Shown here one piece after another: positions 37,355 to 49,428 of a stretch of DNA of 64,000 nt (positions are counted from its first letter, which is position 1; each line of letters opens with the position of its first letter). The translations under genes were made by a program, and so were the position numbers. The notes beneath the pieces are model-generated. The model was not told the origin of the DNA and searched no databases. It saw nothing but the letters and a program-made list of their open reading frames with translations. The stretch comes from Camelus dromedarius (taxonomy: Eukaryota). The stretch spans positions 37,202,001 to 37,266,000 of the forward strand of contig NC_087436.1 of NCBI RefSeq assembly GCF_036321535.1, read 5' to 3'.

Positions 37355-38259
37355 GATAAGTGAGTAGAGTTGAAGGATAGGCAATGATTAGGGCAGACAG
37401 ATAAGAATCGAAGGCAATCACACCTAAATTGTATCCCTTCTCCAACTGGGAACCTTTCAAAGCTTGCTAAATTGCAACTCTCCAGATACAATGAGAGGCA
37501 AAAGATATTTTAGAGTCTAGAGGAAAGTTATTGATTGCTAGCAGTAAATAATCTATGAAAAGTAAACTAAGAAAAGGTAAATATTAAGGCAGCCAGGACA
37601 AGCAAGTTGTGGAAAATAGGAAACAGATTTGGAAACTAACTCTAGTGGGGATATAAAATATTGAGTACACTACACTAGGACAATTGCATAAAAGCAAATG
37701 TTATTTTTATAGCCAGTTAGCTATATGCTTCAACAGCTAAAGGCCAGTAAGACCCTGCAGGTCTTGGGCATGCCTGGTCCATTCAGAACCCCTAGGATGT
37801 CCTTGGTGATGCTTCTAGAGTCTTGGTAGAGAAAATGGTGACAATTTTTTTTAATACTTATATAATCCACATAGAGACCTAGAAGGATTGACTTTCTTAT
37901 GGATCCACCATGTTAAGTACCAGACTGTATCCAAGGAAGGTTCTTACAGAAAACAATGTCACCAAAATTGGCAAAAAAAAAAGTGACCTGAGTTGACCAG
38001 TAAGTATTAAGTAAATTGAAATTATAATCAAGATACCTCAAACCCAAATATTTTTACAGATGATTTCTACTAATTTTTCAAGTCTGAGTAATTTTTTTCT
38101 TAAGTTATTATAGAAAATAAAAAGGCTAAGTTGCTTACCTTATTTTATGAGGCAAATGAAATCAAGATTCCAAAACCAGACAAGAGTAATGCAAGAAAAT
38201 TATAGACATTTGTTACTTACGGTCTTAGAGGTAAAAAATCTTAAATAAAATATCAGCTA

Positions 38260-38525
38260 ACTGAATCCAATTGTGTGGACCAGACTACATGATCAAGTAG
38301 GCTCTATTTTAGTTATGCAGGGATAATTTTACTTCAGAAAAACCTGTCAAAGTAATTCACCATATTAAAATATTAATAGAGAAAAAGTATCTCAGATGAT
38401 ACAGAAAATGCACTTGGTATGGTACAGCAGTTATTTAAATAAATTTTTAAAGTAAGTTAGGAATAGAAGGGAGCTTCCTTAATGTGGTAAAAGTTATTTG
38501 TCAAAACCTTACACAAATATTATAC
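38260..38525 (+). repeat. Local duplication B, copy 1 (paralog at 40555-40822)
   Basis: Shared blocks actgaatccaatt, attaaaatattaatagagaaa, gttaggaatagaagggagcttccttaatgtggtaaaa. Confidence 0.92.
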
Positions 38526-39355
38526 CTAATGGAGAAAATGGAGATGATATCTCTCAAGGACGAGAGAAGAGAAGAAGCTGCCAGTTCTCACTAACAGTTT
38601 AAAATAGAGTGAGATGTCCTGGCTAACACTACCAGAAAAAATAACTAACATGTAAATGTTGGCAGAGGTAAAACTTCTTATCTTCAGACTATGATGTTAC
38701 ATAAAAGAGCACTAAAATCAACAAGAAGCTGTTATTACTGATAACAGATTTCAGTAAGTTTGCCAGATATAAGACCAAGTTAAAAAGCCAACAGATAATT
38801 GGACATAAACTGGCAAGAAAAAAACCTCACAGCTTACACAAAAATTAACTCAAAATACTCATGGACTTAACATGTTAAATGTAAATTATAAAACTTCTAG
38901 AAAAGATTATGGAGAAAAAATACTCAAGCCCTAGAACTAGGCAAGGATTAGACATCAAAAGCATGATGTATAAGAGGAAAAACGGATAAATTGTACCTCA
39001 TTAAAATTAAACTTATACTCTGTGAATGTCACTGTTAAAAGGATGAAAAGACAAACTGCAGACTGAAAGGAAATATTTCTAAGTCAAATATTCAGCAAAG
39101 ATCTAACATCTAGAATGTATTAAACTTTCAAAACTCAATATTAAGAAGTTAAACAAAACCCAGTGTTAAGAAGATAAACAATCTAACTAGAAAACGGGCA
39201 AAAGACCATAAACAGTCACTTCACCAAGGAGGGTATGCAGATAAATAAGAGAGAAGAGTTTCAACATCATTAGCTATTAGAGAAATGAAAATTAAAACTA
39301 CAAGATATCACTACACACCTATCAGAATGACTCAAGTAAAACACAATAGTGATAG

Positions 39356-40012
39356 TGTTGCCGATAGATGCAACCGGTGTTCCAGGTTCTTGTCCCGTCC
39401 CAGAAAGAATTCAGAGACAAGACTGAGAGGTTAAAAAAGGTAAAGTGAAAATTTATTAAAGGATGGATAGAACACTCTCAGGGGAGAGTGGGCAAGCTCA
39501 GGTGAGCGGCTGCCCTGAGTTTCTTTAGCAAGTTAGTTACATAGGGTGTAAAAATGAATGGGTGGAATATTCACTAGGGAGGGAAGGGTTTGGGGTCGTA
39601 TTCCCTGATTATCATCCCAACTCCACCTTCCCGAAGGGAGGAGGGATTTTTGTCCTTATTCAGTCTGGATCGGAAGTGTCACGGCGTCGGTGCATGATGG
39701 GTACTTCTGATCTGCAAGGCTAATTTTATTGAAATGAGGCATAATGAGCAAAAGGTTACATTCGGACACTAGAAATTCCTGCCTTTTCTCACCTTTCTTT
39801 GTTCTTCTCCAGACCACTTGTCATCCCAAAAGGCATGATGCCTCATCAGCCCCAAGGTTCCTGCTTTTCTTTCTCTGCCCAAGGATCCCTGCTGCTTACA
39901 TGATGTGTGGTTTCCTGCATTTGGCCTGTGCCCCTCCTTTCTGCCCAATTCCTGCCATTTGGTCTGTATCCCCCTTTCTCTGCTCATATCTAGCTGTCTC
40001 CCTGCTCTAACA
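39356..40012 (-). mobile_element. ERV1-class solo LTR, relatively young
   Basis: tgtt...aaca termini; tttatt at ~39452 (AATAAA on minus); retained CpGs; interrupts L1 aatagtgatag|...|taccaaatgctg. Confidence 0.8.
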
Positions 40013-40554
40013 TTGGTACCAAATGCTGACAAAGAATTGGAGGAGCTGCATCCCTGATACACTGCAGAGGACAATGTAAATGGTATTGCCATGCTGGAAA
40101 ATAACTTGGCAGTTATTTTCAAAACTAAAAATGGATTTGCCATAAGATGCAGCAGGTGTACTTCTGGGCATTTATTCTAGAGAAATGAAGATTTATTTTC
40201 ATGCAGGACCTTGCACACAAATGTTCATAGCAATTTTAATCACAAGAGCCCTAAACTAGAAACTATACAAAAGATTAAAAAAAAAAAAACCAACTCTAGT
40301 ATTATCCATATTATAGAATACTACTCAGCAATATCAAGGAATGAACTGTTAATACATGTAAAACTTGGATGGCTCTAAGAGCATTATGCTGAGTTAAATA
40401 ATTTCAAAAGTTCTCATGCTATATGATTCCACTTACAAATCCTTCTGACAAAATATAGAGATAGAGAATTTAGTAGTGGTTGTTAGGGTTTAGGAGTGGG
40501 TCTGGAGAGTGAATGGTTTTGACTTTAAAGGGTGAGAGTAAGGACTCTTATGGT

Positions 40555-40822
40555 ACTGAATCCAATTATGTGAGCCAGAATACATGATCAGGTAAGTTCT
40601 ATTATAGTTATGCAGGATGATTTTACATCAGAAAATCTATTTATGTAATTCATCACATTAAAATATTAATAGAGAAATATAATTATCTCAGATGGTACAG
40701 AAAGGGCACTTGATATGGTACAACAGTTATTTAAAATGAATTTTTTGAAGTGTTAGGAATAGAAGGGAGCTTCCTTAATGTGGTAAAACTTATTTGCCAA
40801 AACCTTATAGCAAATATAATAC
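40555..40822 (+). repeat. Local duplication B, copy 2, embedded in the L1MC 3' UTR
   Basis: Colinear with 38260-38525. Confidence 0.92.
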
Positions 40823-42089
40823 TTGTGCTCTTGTAACTGTGTATAGATGATAACATTTAACAGAGCTACGTGCATGTACACTCACAAGTGCATGTGTAAC
40901 TGATGAAATATGAATAAGCTGTATGGATTATACCAGTGTCAGTTTCTTTGGATATTGTACTTTAGTTGAATAAGATGTTAACATTGGGAGAGGCTGGAAA
41001 AGGCTGCATATGACTGGCTGTGAACTTCTGTGAACCTAGAATTATTTCAAAATAAAAAGTAAAACAGAGTCAACAGAATTTCTCTACACCAACAGGAACT
41101 AAATTAAAATACAGTAAAATTTAGATATTATCCATTAGCAACAAAGAGTTTACTATATCAGGGACTTTAGTTAGCCAAGAATACAGCAAATTTATTTAGC
41201 CAAGAATATATAAAACTCTAAAATGTTAAGGCACTAATAAAGGACACAGAAGATGATCTGAGTAAATGGATACATGATCTTTAAAAGGATGTTCAGTACC
41301 CTAAAGATGTATATTTTCCAAAGTCAAAATTCCACTTGAATTTGTTTGAGGTTCTTAATACCTACCAGCTACTGAGACTGAAAAACTACAAAGCAGCATA
41401 ATAAAAAAAAAATGAGACTTTGGCATAACAACTGACCTGTAGATCAAAAAAAATAAATAAATAAAAGACTTCTTTAAAACAAAAGTATACGCATATGAAG
41501 TGAGTTAACATACAAAAATATGGCACCACAAATAAACGGGGGAAGCTACATTAAATGTATAGGGAAATTGGTTAACTATATGGAATGAAATACCTGATAC
41601 CACATGGACTTTAAGATGGATTACAGACTTAGGTGTGAAGGTAAAATTGTAGAGTTAATAGGAAAATATGTTGGAGATCCTTTGTAAACTGGAGACAAAT
41701 CAAAGCAGGATTTGCTAAAGAAAACTTTAAAAACAAATTGTATAACAAGTTTGACTTTAATTAAAAAATAAGATTTTTTTTTGCTAATGAAGGATAGTTG
41801 TTACGCAGTTGAAGAATGGAATAGTTATTAATAAGTGGACAGTTAAGGGCCAGATGATGGAATGGGAGTAAATATTTTGTATATATAAAGCTCACTAGGG
41901 ACTAGTATCTAAAATATTCAAGAAGCTGAAAAATAGGCTCCTGAAAAAAAGAGCAAATTGAAAATCAGCAAAAGATACAAATAGTCATTTTACAGAGAGG
42001 GAAACAGAAAGGCTATCGTACATATGAAGAGAAACCCATTTATAATCAGAAATTTAAGTTGAAATGAGTTATCACTACACAGCTATGAA

Positions 42090-44400
42090 ACACAAAGATG
42101 GGACTCCTGTTTCCAACCAAATAGGGCAGCAGGGACTGGGTTTACCCTCTTGCCTGAAACAACTAATATTTTGGACAAAATATATGAGACAATGATTATC
42201 AAAATTGTGTTTCAGGAGACCTTGAAACAAGGGATAATGATCCTTGACAGTCAGGAAACAAAAGAGGTGACACCAGTATTTCACCATCTTATTAACTGGA
42301 GAGAGTGTCCAGGCCACAGTGCAGGGAAAGTTACCCCAGGAGAGACCCTGAGTTGAGCAGCTACAAGATGTTCAACTCTTAGCACAAGAAATATAAAGAA
42401 AACTATACCAAGACATACCAGAATCAAGCTGTATAAAATTGGTGAAAAAGAGAAAAATCTTAAAAAGCAGCTACAGAAAAGAAAGATTTCTTTGTATTAC
42501 TTTGGATGATGATTTTATCTGTAATTACATTTCCTTTTTGCTGTCCTAGAAAGCCTGATCCTCATAATAATATGTAGTGCTTCATATTCATGAAACTATG
42601 TAGGAAAAAAAAAATCTTTGTTTACAGTTTGAGAGGAGGTTTGAAATTACTGCAGAAAGGTACTTGAAACTTTGGCTTCATTGAAAAGTACTAGATGTTT
42701 TGAGAAAAATCAATAAACTATAATTATACTAAAAAGAATATATATAGAGAAAAATAAAGTTGATAGCAGATTTCTCATCAGAAACAATGTAGCTAGAAGC
42801 AGTGAAGCAAAATCTTTAATAACTAAAAGAAAATATTGTCAACCAGATTTAGATGCTTATGAAAATATCTTTCAGAAATCAGAACAAAGACCTTGTCAGA
42901 GATACAAAAACTGAATAATCTGTCAGTAGCAGACCTGCAATATAAAAGTGTTAGAGAAAATCTTTGAGGCAGAAGGAAAATGATACAAGATGGAAATTTA
43001 GAGCTTCACAAATGAAGAGCACTGGAAGTAGTAAACATGTGGGTAAATACACATTTTTTTTCTTATTTAAATCTCTTTAAAATATAATTGACTGTTTAAA
43101 GCAACAGTAATACAATGTATTTTGGGGGTTATAACATATGTGGAAGGAAAATGTCTGACAACAGCAAAAACCCAAGAACAGAGAAAGAAGTATATTATGC
43201 ATGAAGTTGAATAATATCACTTGGAGGCAGAGTTGGTAAGTTAAAGATGTATACTATAAATTCTACAGCAACCACAAAAAATAACAAAACAAACCACCAC
43301 CAACAAAAAAGATAAAGTGAAATCATTAATAATTACTCAGTTTATCCAAAAGAAGGCAGAAAAAGAGAAAAAAAGAAACCAAAGAACAGGACAAGTAGAA
43401 AACAAATTACAAGATGATAGATTTAAGTTCAATCATATTGATAATCACTTTAAATATAAGCTGTCCAAAAGACAGATTAACCATGCTAACACCAATCCAA
43501 AGAAATCTGGACTTGCTATATTTATAGCTGACAAAGTAGATTTCAGATACAACTGTTATAAGGGATAAAGAGGGCTTTTTCAGAATGAGAGTATCAATTC
43601 ATCAAGAGAATTTAACAGTCCTAAATATTTATGCATCTAATAACAGAACTTCAAAATACACGAAGCAAAAAAAAGGAGAAATAGACAAAGCAATAGTTCT
43701 AGTTGCAAATTTCAAGCTATCTTTCAATAACTGAAAGAGCAAATAGACAGAAAATCAGTAAGAAATCGCTTAAACTGCTCTATGAACCAAATTGACATTT
43801 ACAGACCACTCAGGCTAACAATTGTAGGACATGAGTCCTTTTCAAATACTCATGGAACATTTACCAAGATAGATCATAGCCCGGGCCATAATACAAGTCT
43901 CAATTAAATTTAAAAAGATTCAAGTCATACAAAGTATGTAATGTAATTATAATGGAAGGAAAGTAGTTATTAATCACAGAAAGATACCTAGAAAATCCCC
44001 AAATATTTGGAAACTAAGTAACAATTTTACTAGAAAGTCAGTACTTCATAATTTGTGGGCTATATCTGAAGCAGTATTTAGGATGAAATTTAATGTTCTA
44101 AATGCTTATATTAGAGAAAAAAAAGTTCTCCAAGCAAAAACATCAACTTAAGAAACTATAAAAAGAGCAAATGAAACCCACAGTAATCACAAGGAAAAAT
44201 AAGAAGGATCAGTTCAGAAATCAGTGACATAGAAATTAGAAAGACAACAAAAGTTCTTAAGAACACTCTTGAGAGTGATTCATTATCTTGATTGTGGTGA
44301 TAGTTTCCCATATGTATACCTATTTTAAAGCTTAGTTGTATATTTCATATACACATATTCTATGTCATTTATGTTTCAACAAAGCTGTTAGTAACTAAAG
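42090..44400 (+). mobile_element. Old L1 (5' UTR piece, ORF1 remnant, ORF2 endonuclease start)
   Basis: gcagatttctcatcagaaacaatg, HANTNPKKSGLAIFIADKVDFR, tcatggaacatttaccaagatagatcata. Confidence 0.7.
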
Positions 44401-45339
44401 CTTTTACTGCCAAGCATTGCTGGTGCTGTGGAAATACAGGCATCCTTATGCACCGATGTGTAGACTTATGCACCCACCGTAGACTGGGACAGGTCATCCT
44501 TTGTTCTATTAAATATGTATAAACCCTGTGATGTACCAATTCTGCTCCTGGGTGTATATCTTAATGAAATGTCTACATATATTGCATAGGAGACATGTGT
44601 GAGGACCTTTATGGGGCACTATTTGCAGTGTTTGAGAGTTAGTAGAAAGTGGTTGACAGTAGCAAGGAGTAGATAGTTAGGAGGTGCTAGATGCAACCCT
44701 GAGTGCTATGTGGCAGTTAGTTATGTTGTTACACATTGCAATGTGGAGGGCCTCACTGCATAGGCGTACAGTGAAAAAGAAACATAAATATATGTGCATG
44801 TTGTCCATCTCTATATAGGGATGTATATATATGTATCTCAAACTGTAATTTGTGAAAAATAAAAATGGACACAAAACAACCCTATACGTTTGTCCAGAAC
44901 ACCCAGTCATACTTTAAACTTAAAAGAATGATTGCCTATGGGTGGGGGTGAAGGATGGGATTGGGAAACAGGCTTAAAATAGAAAGAAAAATGAGATGCT
45001 CTTTGGTTCTACCCTCCATCCCAGGACTGTTCAGGGAACACAGCAGTTTTGTGTTCTACCATGTGTTTCACATCTCTTGAGCTATATATTTTGATGTGAT
45101 AAGTGACAGCAGGTTGTTTGCTTGTGGGGATTTCAATCCCCCTCTTCCTACTCATCATCCTTAATTGATGGATGTGTGTCAGAAAGAACTCATCAACATA
45201 CTTAACTCTAGGATGAGATTTAAAAACCCAGAGTCTCTTAAGACTTTCCTTTAAATCCTATTAAATTCATGTGCTCTGGTGCAGCTGGTTTAATCTGAGC
45301 AGAAGGTTAGATTTTCAGTTGAACAGCATTCTTGTATTA

Positions 45340-45810
45340 GAAATTCAAGAAATATTTGCTGAACACTGTCCATGTCTGGGGTGCACTGAGTGACACGGTC
45401 ACTGTGCTAAGTGGCATGGATGCAAAAGCGAATCAGAGGTGCCTGCTGTCTACTACTTTACTGCCTGGGGTTAAAGTATAAAAATAGCCCTCTAAAAGTA
45501 CTTAAGGGGATGTGGCAATAATGTGCAGTAGGGCAGAGTGTGAGCTGGAAGGGAAAGTTGTACCTTCTGACAGAGTAAGAGGAGAAATGTGGGGGTTAAA
45601 AAAACCCCAAAACTGAAAGCTGAGTAGGATCTTGAAATTAAATTGAATGTTTGTCAGGTACCTGGGAATGGGGATGCATGCAGTGTAGAGGGGGCACTTG
45701 ACATTAAACAGCGTAATGAGTTCAAGGAGATGAAAGTGCCCGGGTAGACTGGGAATTTTATCTTTGATGAAAGGAGCCATGTGGCAAGAGATGAGGCTGG
45801 AGACCACAAG
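45340..45810 (-). mobile_element. LINE-2 remnant
   Basis: attcaagaaatatttgctgaacact...cactgtgctaag..., followed by a purine-rich L2-like body. Confidence 0.5.
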
Positions 45811-46389
45811 CTCTCCCAGTGCTGGAATCTTGGCACCTACTCTAGTTATCATCTGTTTCTCTCTCCTTCTGTTACTTTAGTCTCTTATCTTTATAAATAA
45901 CAATGTTCTGAAAGCCTTTTTTAAAAATGTTAGCTGTAGAAGTTGATGAAATTCTCTTTTATAATATTGCATACCAAAAATGTCACTCTTCAAATTTATT
46001 TTATGTTTGACTTAATGGGTAATGTATGATAGAAATCTGATTGTCAGTGTCATAATACACAGAGCTACTTAAAATTTTAATCTATGAATTTTTGAATTAG
46101 TTATCAAATATAAAGATGCAGTGAAAATTGCCTCTACTTTTACATGAATTTTCACACCATCCAATTTTTCTGTTTTCTTGACTATTATACAGGCTTTTGG
46201 TAGATGAATTATTTCACAGTCACTGATTTTCAGTTACTAGTGAAGATTTAATTTCACAGCTGCAAATGTCCTAAGTTATCTGGGTAGTATTATGAAAAAT
46301 TAAACTAGCATCTATTGTTTTTCATCAATAAGTGATCATTATATCATATTAGATTAAAATTTGTTTAGGTTATTTAATGATAGTTTTTA

Positions 46390-47020
46390 TTTTTATAAAT
46401 TTTATTGAAATGTAAAATACATACTGGAAATACAGGTATCTTAAGTTTACACATCAATAAATTTTCAGGAAAAGAACACATCTGTGCAACCAGCTGTCAG
46501 AGTAGGAAACAGAACATAATCAGCACCTCTGAAACTTCCCTCATACCCTTCCTTCCAGTCACTGCCCCGGCAACCTCCAGCATGGGTAGCCACTATTTTA
46601 ACTTCTTTTTGTTTTTTGTTTTGTTTTTTTTCGGGGGGGGTGTAATTAGGGTTCTTTCTTTCTTTCTTTTTTTAATGGAGGTACTGGGGATTGAACCCAG
46701 GACCTCGTGCATGCTAAGCACATGCTCTTCCACTGAGCTGTACTCTCCCCCTCCCGACCACTATTTTAACTTCTAATACTATAGGTTAGTTCTGTCTATA
46801 TGTGTTTGAACTTCTTATAAATGGAATCATTACAGTATATACTCTTTTGGGTCTGATTTCTATTGCTCAACATTTTGTTTGTGAAATTCATCAATATGGT
46901 GGAATATACTTGTAGTTTGCTCATTCTTATTACTGTGTAGTTTTCCATTGTAAAAATCCACAATTTATTCATGTATTTCACTGTAGATGGATAGTTGGGA
47001 TGTTTTCATTTTTTTTTTGT
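46390..47020 (-). mobile_element. L1ME-type 3' UTR, interrupted by a SINE
   Basis: ttttattgaaatgtaa...aaacagaacataatcagcacc...tttgaacttcttataaatggaatcat...tgctcaacattttgtttgtgaaattcat. Confidence 0.78.
46607..46757 (-). mobile_element. Vic-1-type tRNA-Ala SINE
   Basis: aatggaggtactggggattgaacccaggacctcgtgcatgctaagcacatgctcttccactgagct; perfect 17-bp TSD ccactattttaacttct at 46590-46606 and 46758-46774. Confidence 0.95.
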
Positions 47021-49428
47021 CAATTAAGAAGGGTACCAGAAAAAAAAGAAAGAGTACCAAAATATCGGTAGTTTGATTTTAACCTAGTCCAGCTTTAAGG
47101 TTGTGCTGGCTTTTATGTGAAAGTGTGAATTACAATATCCTATGTTATAATAACAGATGCGAGGAATTGTGTGTGTCTATTACCTGGTAATATCCTTGGT
47201 GGCAAAACAGTAAAGATTAAATGTGTTGTGACACTCTCCCTTTCCCCACCCCAAATCGATATCCTAATTTAAGCATTGTCAACTGTAAGTTTATGGAGAT
47301 GGAGCAATGACCCATCACGGGGATTACTTCCATTCTGTAAGTTAGGGAAGGACTGACTGCCTCTCCCTGTAGTGAGATTTGATCATCTAGATGAGGAATC
47401 TCTAGCACCTTGAAAGCAGCCACATAGCAGTGGTTGGCTTACAGTGGTTAAGCAGAAACACCTCCTGAGACGGATGGGCATAGGGGAGGAAAGAAGCACA
47501 TGGTGGCATGAATACAAAGTGTTCTGGCTTGTATGGCTTGCTGAACGAGGGCAGCTGTTTTCAGCACAGATCATAAACCTCTAAACCCCTCCTAAAAAGA
47601 GTTTAAAGCCCGTCACCTTTCCACAGTGACAAGGATTATTAGTCGGTAATTTATCTGGGAGAGAAAGTGCAGGTATAGGACAAGTTTAAGGAAGATTCTG
47701 AAAGCAGCAATAACGTGGGAAGCTATATTTTTCAGAACCTATCAGGTGAAAGATATGCCTGTCTGTTTTGTTTACAGGTCTTTCCTGATTGCCTAGAACA
47801 GGCATGTCCTAGGTAATAAATGGTTCTGAAAGTGGAATGAATGATGCAGAGTCTTCCACGGAAAATCAACTGGTTCAGTGCTGGTTATCCAAATACTTTG
47901 CATATGGGGTATAAGCAAAGACTAAAACTGTAGTAATAGAAGACCTGGAGCAAAAAATAGATGCCCCCGATGCAGGCAGCTATGAACCCTCCACAGAATG
48001 AGGTTCATAGTTCCCCTAATCGTGCTGATGAAGCATCATTATGAATCTAGAGGGAAGAGAAACTGGACCACATTCTCCTTTCTAGTTCACTACTATTCGA
48101 TCACTATGAAGGAGAGAATTAGAGTCAGCCTATCTGGCAGCACCACAGCTGTGCGTAGAATCGCAAAGCAGCACCTGCTCACGTTGCTTATGCTTGAGGT
48201 GACTGGGCTCTCCGTGTCTGTGATGGCCCAGAAAATCTCTGTGCTTATAAGCAAGTGACACACAGCATTTGAAATATATAATCTGGTATTTCGGATATTC
48301 TTAGGAGTGTTGGAATAATGATGGTAGGAAGTGACGAGAAATTTTAAAAATAGATATTTACAAATTGCATGGTGTGAAAGTAAAATAACTAAGAAGTTGA
48401 TTAGGTCTGTATTGAGAGGCTTGTTTTTGAGTATCTGGACCAAGTGATGGAATTAGGGATTAGTGGTTTTTGCATCTGTCTGTGAGTGAGGCAGATCATG
48501 GGGCAGAGGCAGGTTTCAAGAGATGCACATCCTAACTCCAGAGGATTAAAGGAGGAACTGAAAACAGTATTTCTTGGATGTGACTCTGCAAATATATTGC
48601 TCATAACATACTGCAGGCACAGGAGATAGAATGCCAGGACAATCTGCAGTAGGAACTCTGCACTTGTTTTCTTTCCCTTGAGAAAGTGCTACTTCCTTCA
48701 AATTGGCAGAATTTTAATGAAATAGCAGAGTGTAACCACTCAGATTCCCACCTACCCTCGATCGTGTAGAAAATGTGCTAGATCACACTTGTACATAACA
48801 TCCTTTGTATAGGGCAGGCTGAAAATGAGTATTTTCTTTTGGGATGGGTTCTGGGAAACTGGTATCCCTTTGAAAATACTCTATAATGAGTAATGTTGTT
48901 TTCTGATTGGTATAGTATAATTCAGAGGCCCCCGGAGTGACTGATACAACAGTGTTCCAAACTGTAGTTTCATTTGAAAAGAAGTGAGCGTGTTGTTGCA
49001 AGCTTAGAATAAGTGTCTGAAAATTTTAGCAGCATAAATATGCCAGGACAAAATAGTCATTAGAAATGATTATTGGACAGAGTCATCCTAGTTTCAAGAA
49101 TTTATTTTCTGGTGTTTTTTCAGTAACTCTTTTTCTCCCCATCTTCTCTGGCTTCTGAAGGAGGTGCTGTCAGACTGGCCTTGCAGTGGGAGTGAGCTAA
49201 TTATATTGTGCCATGCTGCACTCCTACTTACACATCCCCAGGTTAGAGATTCATATGCAAATTGAAAGGATGATTTTTTTCCCCTTCAATTTCCTGATAC
49301 TGGATTGGGGCAAGGTGGATTTTTAAAGAACAACTAATCGGGGGAATTGTGGGTATGATTTGTGAATTTCTCAAGCCCATTTTTTTTCATCCATTATTTT
49401 TGTCTGCCTTTTGGTCCTTCTCACTTTT

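Larger units (their letters stand above)
38796..41067 (+). mobile_element. L1MC-type element (ORF2 end and 3' UTR) nested in the older L1
   Basis: acacaaaaattaactcaaaat...tatcactacacacctatcagaatg...gatgttaacattggga...attatttcaaaataaaaagt; TSD ag(c/t)caacaga at 38786-38795 and 41068-41077. Confidence 0.78.
38040..42085 (+). mobile_element. Ancient L1ME-type ORF2 remnant, split by a nested L1MC
   Basis: ttttacagatgatttctac...ttttatgaggc...ccaaaaccagacaag...aaaaatcttaaataaaatatcagctaactgaatccaa...gatttcagtaagtttgccagatataag; resumes at ~41078 atttctctacacc. Confidence 0.7.

Noticed and set aside
47998..48258. 86-aa ATG ORF in unique sequence
   Set aside because: No homology recognised and weak splice context; cannot be supported from sequence alone.
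49248..49262. Sox-Oct composite (gattcatATGCAAAT)
   Set aside because: The octamer is perfect but the Sox half is poor; a single 8-mer is expected by chance in 64 kb of AT-rich DNA.
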